A stretch of 46,551 nucleotides of DNA from an uncultured Thermotogae bacterium (GTDB taxonomy: Bacteria > Bipolaricaulota > Bipolaricaulia > UBA7950 > UBA9294): NCBI GenBank assembly GCA_964354815.1, contig CAYHBG010000003.1, positions 1-46,551 of the forward strand. The letters run 5' to 3'. Positions within the stretch are counted from its first letter, which is position 1. Each line of letters begins with the position of its first letter. A program made the position numbers and the translations under genes. The notes beneath the pieces were generated by a model. The model made no database searches. It had not been told where the DNA came from and saw only the letters and a list, made by a program, of their open reading frames with translations. Shown here in pieces: positions 21,701 to 30,900 of the stretch.

Positions 21701-21998
21701 CCACCGTGAACTGCACGACGAGCGTGGCCGCCTCGATTTCGGCCAGCGTGTCGTCGGTCGGCCTCGTCGCGTACAACGACGCGACCGCCCCGGTGGAGCG
21801 GTCCCAAGTCACGCGCATGGAACCGCACGACTGGATCGGCATCGTGAAGTCGTTGACCGCGCGGTTCGACCCGAACTCGAACATCTGCGAGGCGCCCGAA
21901 GGCAGCTGCTTGTAGCTGCCCGTGAACTCCGCGGCGGTCGCGGGCAACGCCAGGAAAAGGGCCAGCAGAAATAACACAAAGCGAATCTTCATCATCAT
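18750..21998 (-). CDS. Tailspike/depolymerase-like protein with right-handed beta-helix (1082 aa) and N-terminal signal peptide
   Basis: MMMKIRFVLFLLALFLALPATA/AE. Fibre motif DGSPTLGGPLEANGNSITQV. Pectate-lyase-like start of the beta-helix IVQALAACDAANGGRVILPAGVTTIDA, followed by many short repetitive strands. AGGAGGGA SD. Confidence 0.8.
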   Translation of the reverse strand: MMMKIRFVLFLLALFLALPATAAEFTGSYKQLPSGASQMFEFGSNRAVNDFTMPIQSCGSMRVTWDRSTGAVASLYATRPTDDTLAEIEAATLVVQFTVDQTIVVPQDSTQFRIVVDTSETSTTIPSYALVFCSASAGSGSGGVIGSGLYEDMILSVPAAGDQWLLTDDNNVGSVCDVGGTPATADLWCGWNGTSWVGIGIAGGGIAEVAADGSPTLGGPLEANGNSITQVLDLQTKKLDSRTWFASQYASGSDTGGIVQALAACDAANGGRVILPAGVTTIDATAIASPIINLPADNWGHRGHCSLEGAGSMNATEYNVYGGSTLIINNSADKTAIRVNGSSQVLRGFDMVLPGITANGIGIQIESEAFDAYLTGEHGVANFLLDHVSVIGIDTSLGDLTDTLGTGVLMRFGLKSQIIGGTIKNFDAGIKLTKVLTIASPESNQSNANLLSGVQIRANDVGLLLADQGSCQNITLSGATIEANTIGLSILGTDTTASACLVRDIGTHWENETDNINIVSNHASYIGIAPQMSSAAVGHDIVRSDNNWFGTPDVVIGGDLAGGVNYTGGAEIRLLNSANISVWNGALATTATGEVGYSANCPAWGAAGVHVAGDLCFQSDDTLFVCEPTPATDGICKTEGEWTQFNHGFPISEGGTNYVDSPDGVELYGGRGIVPVFTNGDPDTISFDFDFSKDYASASMGVEQLEFTTTGTGAGGWIGEGATNNPTEFKYSISLAPDTGGADTEYFFPLAPFSLMIAGPTQARTVTFPDANFTAARTDASNTFTGAQINTAEMFADALGVEFETGDALNDCSTFANPGGGIFYDTSEGKLMKCQNNALTALDTGGSGAPGGAIGTVQYHDTGDVLGGDAGMVYDAALDKLTLLGSVVAPTITTTPSDTAEVRLTSATDAQEVAVRLSDNGTTSSMEMVVDDGTGIDQQYMLLNGANAIITTTKPLDVSGFLTGTSYNLTTSGTTHSPSGRSIRGAVHWYTSGSTKTVTLPKIATAGDGVNACFYNMNGAGNLIIDADADDWIRLSGVAGTAGSTIDASTPTTGDFVCMIGRDNGADDEWIVLGKAGDWAAN

Positions 21999-24900
21999 TC
22001 CCTCCTATCTCGGGGCTTTCGCCAGATCAGGTCGCGCGGAGAGCCCATCTCCTCGCCCGGCCAGAAGTTGTCGACCCAGATCTCGGCTTGCGAGAGCGGG
22101 GCCACGCGACCCATCGTGAGACCTTGCATCGTCAGAAGCGTGAGCTTCTCCGCGTCGAACTGCTCGTCCTCGTTGAACACCGCCTGCAGCTCGTCGAACA
22201 TCTGAACGGGCACGTCGAGCATTCGGCTGGCCGGGCTCTTTCCGAGGAACCTTCGCTTCTCGGGAAAAAGCATACCGTCGACCAGCTGGCTGACGCCCGG
22301 AACAGGCGACGCGAGAAGCGAAACGGCGCGCTTGAGTGACCAAGACAGCCACTCCTTCTCGCCCTCGTCGTCCTCGGGAGGGCCCTCCCCGCGGATCAGC
22401 GCGTCGAGCATCGCTGGCACGTAGATGGTCGTGATGATCATCCACGCGGCCGACGCCGGCATGGCCCTTCGGACCGCGCGCCCGTCCACGTCCTCGGTCG
22501 CCTGAAGCCCGCCCGCCATCCGAGCGGCGCGACGCGTTCGCGCGTAGATGTTGGACGTGAACGATCCGAACAGCGTGACCCACCGAACCCATCCCTCGGC
22601 CCGCATGAGCTGGCTCGCTCCCGCGATGGTCGACGATCCCTGCGTGCGCTCGATCGCACGATCTGCCTCTCGGATCGCGCGGGCCATGTCGCCGTGCTGA
22701 GACATCGACTTCATGCGCTGCGCGTCCCACACGATCGAGCTGACCACCGCGTCGGCCGTCGTGATGAGGATGCCCGTGTTGGCGTCGATGCGCGCCTTCA
22801 GCGAGTTTCGGTCCTGCTTCCTCGAAAGCATCTCCCGAAGCTCGCGGTCCTTCGTGATGCCGCGGTGCTGGAGCACTCGGCTGGCCGCGCGGACCTCGCG
22901 CACGAGACCCCAAACACCCTTGCGCGTCGAGTTGGCGATGGCCATGGCCATCCAGTGCGGTCCGACCTCCGAGAATCCGGGAGCGAGGCCCGTCACCTGA
23001 ATGAGGCCGGTCGAGATGCGGTAGGCGAGGCCCGAGTAGATCACGCTCGAACGCGCCAAGCTGTTGATCTTCTCGGCCTTCCGCCATCCGTCAGACGGTT
23101 TGCCGCTCTTCACTCGCGCGGCGTCGTGCACCATCTTCTTGAGCGCGTCCACGTACTCGGGCCCCCACGTCTTTCGGATGACCGACTCGAAGCGGGGGTG
23201 GTTCACGATCTTGTAGGTGTCGCGAACGGCCTTGCGCATCGTGAGGTCGTAGATCACGCGGTCAAGATGCTGAGAGATGACTCCGATGTCGGTGTCGAGC
23301 GGGGCCGAGTACTTGGCCGCGCGCGACTTCACGTGTCCGTGCTCGACCTCGCTCTTCACGAAGTTGTGGCCGAACATCCCCTCCACGTCTGCCTTGTCGT
23401 TGAGGGCCTGCGCTCGTTTGTTGTACTTGCTCCAGTACTTGGCGGGCATGTACCCGCCGTTCATCTTCTGTCCGGTGTGCGCGATGAACTCGCGGCGCTC
23501 CAGCGCGGTCGGGCGGTTGCCCGTCATCTCGAACTCGTGCTCGAACACTCGCCCGCGAAGACCCTCGAACGCGTCCCAGATCTCCTGCGCGATCTTCAGA
23601 TCCTCGACTGTCAGGTGCTGCTGGATCGCCTGCTCCATCACGCCGGGCGTCCAGCCCTTGAGGTCCTCGTTTCCCGCATATCCCTCGTCGCGGCGGTACA
23701 GGTTCGACTCGGTCCCCGAGTGGAGGAACCACATGAGGACCTCGTAGATCCGCACCTTATTCGGCGTGCCGGGGTTGTCGACGCCCGGCAGCGCGATCTC
23801 GCGGTTCATGCGAACCCAGTCGAGCTTGTCCATGGCCGCGAGCCAAGGCTTCGTCAGCTCGTTGGAACCGTCGATGTAGTCGTGCTCGCCTCGGTCGATG
23901 CTCTCGAACACGTACCGCCGAAGCGTGTTGTTCTGGATGTCGTCGCCGCCCGCGAAGTCGATCCAGTCGACGATGCGAAGGAGCATCGCGTCGGCCCACC
24001 GGATCATGTCTCGGAGCGACTGCAGCGACATCGGGTTAGGCCGGCTCGACTGGCCCTGCTTTCGGAGTCCGTTGACCTCCTCCACGCGCGACACGATCTG
24101 GTCCACGGCCGTCTCGATGGCCACCTTCTCGCCCGTGCGGATGTCCTTGACCTCCTGCCTCGAAGCGGTCTCGATGTTTCGGATCACGTCGATGAGCCCG
24201 AGGAACTCGCTGACGGGCATCTTGGACCAGTGCCTCGTGTCGGACTCCGCGTGCATCAGCCAGTCGGGAACCGAGATCGATTCGAGGTGCGACTCCTCTG
24301 CCGACTTCACGAACTCGGCCAGCGACTGAAGACCCTCGGCCTGCTGCGCGGCCACGATGATCTTCTGCAGCTTCACACCGAAAAGCGTCTGGCCCTCGGG
24401 CCGACCGCGGCGGGCCTTGCTGAGGTCGTACCTCTGCATCAGCTTGACGATCTGCGCGGCTCCGTCGAAGCCGGGCGCTCGCAGCTTCGCGAGGTTCTTT
24501 CCCTTCTTGAGCTTGTCGAGCATGCGCCACCCGCGCTCGCTCTCGACCATCGTGCGGTTGATCTCGTCGACCGCGTAGTCGGCCATCATCTGCCGCTCGA
24601 TCTCCACGGCCGCGTCCGCGAACTTCCTGGCGGCGAGCGCCTTGCGAGCGGCCTTTCCCGCGGCGCTCGCGACGGTGTTCCACGCGTGGCGCTGCTTCTT
24701 GAGGTCGCCGGCCAGAACGTCTCCGACCAGCTGGCGGGCCCGGCCTCGGAGGATGCCCGCGCGAAGGCGCTCCTCGATCGCTCGGAGCGTCTGCCCTGCC
24801 ACCCGAGCCTGCTTCCTGCCCTCGACCGCGGCCGTCTGCTGCGCGCGGGCGTTGACCACGAGGGCCTGAAGGTCCGAGATGGCCTGCTGGCTGGCTCCCG

Positions 24901-27900
24901 ACGAAACGGCCTCGGCCAGCGAGGCCTCGGCCAGCGCCACGTCGGATGCCGCGTCAGGCGCCGCAGGAGCCCCCGTGCTGGCCTGGGCCGTGCGGGCGGC
25001 GTCGAGGGCCGGCCCCTCGACCATCTGCCGCAGAGCGGCCAGCTCAGCCAGCGCCAGGGCCTCTCGGTCGGCTCCGGCCGCCGCCTCGGCGTCGGCCGTG
25101 ACCGACTCCTCCGACCACTGGTCGTTGCCCTCGATCTCGCGGTTCACGCGCTCCTGCACGTGCTGGTCGACGGTCCGGGCCTGAAGCATGGACTCGACCA
25201 TGTCTCCGACCGACCCGAAGCCCAGCGACTCGGCCGCCCACTCGGGGTCCATTCCGTTGGCCACCACCAGCCTTCGGCCCGTGCCCTGCGCAGGACGGGC
25301 CAGGAGCGCGTCGATGAGTCCCGGCCCCTGCGTCCCGAGGATCTCTTCGAGGCCGGCCCTGTCGAGGCCCTGGCCCTGCTCCGAACGCTTCAGCCACTCG
25401 ATCGCGGCCCAGCCCGGGTCGGCGGCCACCGCGGCCTCTGCCTCCTGCCGGAACATGTCCATGGCCTGCGCGAGCTGCTCTCGCATTCGCCGCTTCGCGT
25501 CGGGCATGTGGCGGCGGGTCACCCGCGTGAAGGCCTCGCTCTTGTGGCGCACCCACATCTTCTGATACGCGGCCCACTGCGCGTCGGACCAGCCCTCGGG
25601 CCGGTCCGCAAAAAGCGGCTCCGCGATGTCGCCGGCCGCCTCCTCCACGGCCCCTTCAATCAGGAACAGTCTGTCGTACACTTCGCGGATCTCATCCGTG
25701 AGGCTGACCCCCAGCAACTCGCGGGTCTGGCGCAGGCCGCCGTAGGCCTGACGCACCCACGACTTGAACTTGAAGAAGATGCCCTCCATCTCGGGCGTGG
25801 GCGCCTTGCCCTCTGCCAGCCACACCTCGAAGCCGCGAGCGAAAAGCTCGTGCGGCTTGTCGGGCTTGCCCTGGAACATCTGGTCGACGAGCGGGCGAGT
25901 GAGGTGCTCGAAGCTCTGCGCGCCGGTCCAACGCACGACGGTGTCGAGGTCCGCGTTCATCTGCTCGCTCGCGAGACCGAGCTGACGGAACACGACCATC
26001 TGCTGCAGGTACCAGTGCGCCAGCTCGTGCTGGAACCCCGTGAGGTCCGACGCGGACAGCACCGCCGCGTAGGCCTCCTTCTCCTTCAGCGCGATCTGGG
26101 CGCGCGGTCCGTCGGACGCCTGCTTGCCCGCCGAGTCGAGGGTCTCGACGATCTCGCTGATGGCCGCGTCGTCGTAGATCACGTAGTTGGTCGCGGTCTC
26201 TCCGTCCACTGTGCGGCGGCCCGAAATCGACTGCGCGTCGTAGCTGTGGCCCAACACACCGTTCGCAGCGAGTGACTCGGACAGGCCTTGCGGCGTGAAC
26301 TGCTCGCTGGTTGCCAGCTCGTAGATCTGCTCGAACCGCGCGTCCGTTCTCTTGATGAAGTCGAGCGTCGAGTTCGGAACACCTTCGCGCAGCGCGCGGA
26401 TGATGCCTTCGCGAACCTTCGGGTCCTGCTTGCTGAGCGGCAGCTCCCAGATCGCGAGGTCGTGGCTGTCGGGGATGTGGACGGCCGCGATCATTCCCTT
26501 GTTCTTGACGAGCGCGTCGAAGTCGAACGCCTCCATCTCCTCCGCAACGAGCCGCTCCGTCTCGGTCAGCGCAGCCTCGTTCCCCGCTCGTGTCTCCGGC
26601 GTGATGTGGTGTATTCGGGTGTAGCCGTCATCAGCGCTGAGGCGCATCGTCTTGTCGATGTCGGACTTGACTAGAAGCCCGACAGCTCTCCGCAGCGCGT
26701 CCTCTTCGATCGGCACCATCGTACCATCACGACTCGTGGCACCGTTGTAGATGCGAAGCGTGTGGTGCGCGATGATCTGCTCGATCCTTTCTCGGGCCCC
26801 TTCGATGTTTTGAGAGTGAACGGACCTAAGAAGACCCCAGACAGTCGGGGGCGCAATAACCGGATGGCCTTTGTACTGCCAGCCGCCCGACAGCTTGTCG
26901 CGATAGAACCTCGCGATGCCCCGGCTCGTGGTGAAGTAGATGCCCCAGCCGAACGCCTGCGCGCCCTCGCCGGTCCCGATGAAGCTGATGTCGAACTTCT
27001 TGAAGATCGCGGCGGTGCCGTGGAACACGAGCTGGCTGAGGATGTCGAGCTTCGTGGCTGTCTTCGTGCGCGCCTGCTTGTCGTTTACTCCGACTTCGAG
27101 GGGCGTTCCGAGGGGGCTGACGGTTCGCTTGGGCTCGAAGCCGAGTCGCTCGACTGCGGCGCTGTACTCTCGCCAGACCGGCTGATAAAGATCGTTGACG
27201 ACGGCTGACTGTAGATCGGGTGCTCCGGCGGCAGCTCCGTCGACCCAAGTCGTTGCAATATTCGCCGCGCCTCTTCCCGCGTAAATGTCACTGCCATCGT
27301 AGTTGCTCTCCACAGCGTAGTGGCTCAGAACATAGAACCCGTCGCCCAGCGCGGCGGCGATCTTCGTGCCGAACTCGTCGAACATGTCGGCCGTGTAGTC
27401 GCCATCGGCGAAGCGGCGGCCGTCCATGAACGTGAGCCCAAGACCGTCCGGCGACAGCGTGAAGTTGACGCCGTCGGGGTCCTGGGTCGGGTTCACCTTA
27501 GCGTAGAGGGCCTCGACATCGCTCGCGCTGATCTTGCCGCCGCCCTGCCGGTCAAACCGCAGCACGAAGTCCTGCCCGTTGAAGTCGGGCCGGGCCGTGA
27601 TCGAGGCGTCCTGCAGGAACGCGTCGCCCAGCAGCCGAGAGGCCGTCAGGGCCGTCTGCCACGACTCTCCGGGGTACGTGATCACGAGGCTCGGCTCGAC
27701 GCGGTCGAAGGTCCCAAGCGTCTTCGTGATGATGTGGTTGATGCCAAGCCGCCGCAGGACCTTGATCTGCCCGTCCGCGTCCGTGATCGCGGTCAGCACG
27801 CGGTCCTGGTACTCGACGAGGTCGGCCAGCGGGGTGCTCTTCGGGAACCCGTAGCCGCGGCCCTGCCCTGGGTTCACCGACACGGTGGTGGTCGGAGCAC

Positions 27901-30900
27901 GAGCCTCGGCCAGGGCGTCCAGCTCTGCCGCGAACTCGTTGGTCGACCAAGGGTCCGCCTGCACGTCCGACGTGAAGCTGGGGTCGACCTCGCGCCCGAG
28001 CGCGGTGTTGAGCGGAGTCGTCGTGTCGAACTGACCGTTCGCGATCATCTCCTCGATCTGCCCGATCTCGTCCTGCGACTTGAACTGCGCCTCCTCCCAC
28101 GACCCCTCCGTGAACTGGCTCACGGGTTTGGTGTCGCGGGGAGACAGGTGCGTCTTCGCGTAGAACCACAGAAGAGCCTGGATCTCGTCGGGAGCCATCC
28201 CGAAGTGCTGCGCCAGCTGCTCGGTCATCAGCATCGAATAACGGATCGCTTCGGGGCTGGGCATCTGCGCGGTGTCGACGATCGTGCTGATGCCGGTCTT
28301 CTCGCTGGTGACCCAGTCGCGGAACCGGAACCCGAACACCCGCGACATGTGAACGTCCTGCACGGTGAACGGATAGAACTTGTTGTCGGCCCGACGCCTC
28401 GTCAGCGTCATGTAGTTGGACACCTTGAGGCCGCCCGCGTAGGTGCCGGTCTGGTACACCTCCACGATCTTATCGAGCGCCGCGTTGGTGATCTTGATGC
28501 CGAGGCGTCCGGGCCCCTTGCGGATGACCTCGCGCTTGAATCCGTCGGGGTCGGTGGTCGGGTCGAACTTCCGCGCGGCGATCATGATCCGAAGCGTGTT
28601 CTTGAGGTTCTGCCACGTGTTGGTCTGCGCGCTCGTGATGCCGAAGATGATGGAGGCCTCGTGCAGGTTGGCCCGTCCGACCACCCGCGCGATGCCCTCT
28701 CCGAACTGCTTGTACCAGTCGCGCTGCCCTCCCGCCTCTCGCCTCGCCGTCTCCACGAATCCGACCAGCTCGTTGAAGGACGTGGGCCTAACGTCCGCGT
28801 CCAGGCTCTCAAGGTCAGCCGAACGCGCTCCCTCTTTCTCGACCCGAAGCATCTTCTTGGCCAGCTTCGCCGCGCGCTTCACGAGGCTGAGGTCCTCGTC
28901 GTCCGACATCGCCGCGTCCTGCAGCTTGATGTTCTCCTCCGCAAGCTCCTGCGCCGTGAGCCGGACGGCCTCCCCGCGCTTCTTGGGCGCTCCGGGTAGG
29001 TCCGCCAGCACGCTGCTCGTGAGGCCCTCTCGTCCGGTCCTCGCGACCGTGGAGAGGAAAGCCTCCTCCACGCGCCCGACCGGCAGGTTGGTGGCCGGCG
29101 TCTCGTTGGCCGCCTGCACGCGGACCTTCGCCTGCTCCTCCACCTCTTCCTGCGACAGCGGGGCCAGCTCGGGCCCGGCCGCGGAACCGTCGACCTCGCC
29201 CGCTCGGATCGCGCGGACCTGCTCCTTCGACAGCACGTTGAGCGGGTACAGCGCGAAGACTTCCTCGGGCGTGTACAGCTTGCCGGTGGCCTGCGAGACC
29301 ATCGCGGCCAGCGCGCGCACGCGATCGCGCACGGCCATGCCCTCGGTCTCGGCCGTCTTCTCGTCGCGGAAGCCCGTCTTCGCGAGCTGTTCGGCCACCC
29401 GCATGCCGACCTCACCCGCGGAGCTGTCGAGCATGACCTGCATGGCCAGCACGCTGTCCTTTTCCTCGGCGAGGTCGCCGAGGCCGATCTCCTGCATGCT
29501 CTTCTTCTGAGCTTCCATCCGCTGTGCTGGCGTCAGGCCGGCGGGCACGCTGGTGAGGTGCGCTCGGATGTGCGGCATCAGCTTGCTGTTGCTGACGACC
29601 GTCGCGAACTCGCGCGCGGGGATCGCGACCCTTCGTCCCTGGTCTCGGGCGTCCTGAATCCGCTTGCTGACTTCCGGCATAACGGCGTCGGCCTCCTCGG
29701 CGGGAATCGCCTCAGAGTTGAGAGCACCCTGCAGGATGTCTGGGTCCACGTACACGGTCGATCGGTCGGACCCCTCCGTGAGGATCCCGAGGAACTCGCC
29801 GGCCAGACGCGGTGAACGCTCGATCAGCTTGGATGTCGACTCGGTCTTGGCCCAAGCGTCGAAGAACTCGGCGTCGTCCTCCTGCGCGGAAACCTCTTTG
29901 TTCGCGCGGTACGACGCGAGGGGAGCGAACAGACCGCCCGTCAGCATCATGGTCGCGAACACGCTCGCGGCCTCTTCCAGGCCCTGCACGGCGTTAGGCC
30001 CCATCTCCTGCAGGAACACCTCGTCGAGGATCGCTCCGAGAGGCTTGCCCTGGCCTGCTCGCAGTACGGCGTCGCCGATCGCGGGGCTCAGAACGGCCTG
30101 GAAAAACTCCTCGCTGGCCTCCGCGCCAGACGCTTTCGCGGCGGCCCCCAGCCACCCCACGGCCCGGGCAAGTCGTGTCGGGTTCGCGAAGTAGGCGAGC
30201 GCCTCCTTCCGAACGGCAGGCTTGAGCATGCCGGGGATCGCCTTGGCCAGGAGCGGCTTCCCGAACACGTTCCACTGGAACTTCGCTCCCATGAACTCGA
30301 TGCCCGTCTCGACGGTGCCGAAGGTGATCGCAGCGAGCTTCGTCGCGAGGGCGTCGGGGTCCTCGCCCGCCTCGATCATGTCGCCGTACGCGGATCCGGT
30401 CGAGCGCCTCCACATCGACACGACGGCCCCGATCGCGAACGCGGACGGCAGAATGACGAGGGGTGCCGTGGTCGCGCCGATGGCCGCTCCGGGCGCAGCG
30501 CCAACGCCTGCGGTCGGGGCGCCAAACAACGCGGCGCCTGCCGCCGCGCCGCCCACGATCGCGAAGGGCACCGCCACCCGGGCGGCCTTCGCTCCCTCGA
30601 TCGCGGGGTCCACGAACATGGTGTCGGCCATCCCGCCCAGCGTTTCGAGGATGCGACGGTCGAACGCAGACTTGGGCTGTCCGCCCGTCTCCGCGATCTG
30701 TTTGTTGATCCGGCTGATCTCGCCGGCCACCTCCCACGCGGGGGCGCCGCGAAACAGATCCTCGTACACGCGGCTCTTCTCCAGCTGCAGGCGGCTGCGC
30801 TGCAGAGCGCCGGCCACCACCGCGGGCTTGTCGATCACGTCGCGCATGAGCTGGGCCGCGCCCTCGAAGAAGGTCGAGTCGTCTGCCCCGTAGAAGTTGG

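Noticed and set aside
12953-21998. A diversity-generating retroelement acting on the fibre genes, considered because the capsid/cement genes look BPP-1/epsilon15-like
   Set aside because: No reverse transcriptase ORF is present anywhere in the window. I could not find a template/variable repeat pair near any fibre-gene 3' end.
22694-26275. A 1193-aa plus-strand ORF (and similar long shadow ORFs at 27320-28999, 28443-29510, 36296-38083, 38418-40217 and 41499-42992)
   Set aside because: They lie antisense or out of frame to genes with recognisable motifs. Their translations are R/G/L/H/D/V-rich and low in complexity. They are expected stop-codon-poor shadow frames in high-GC DNA.
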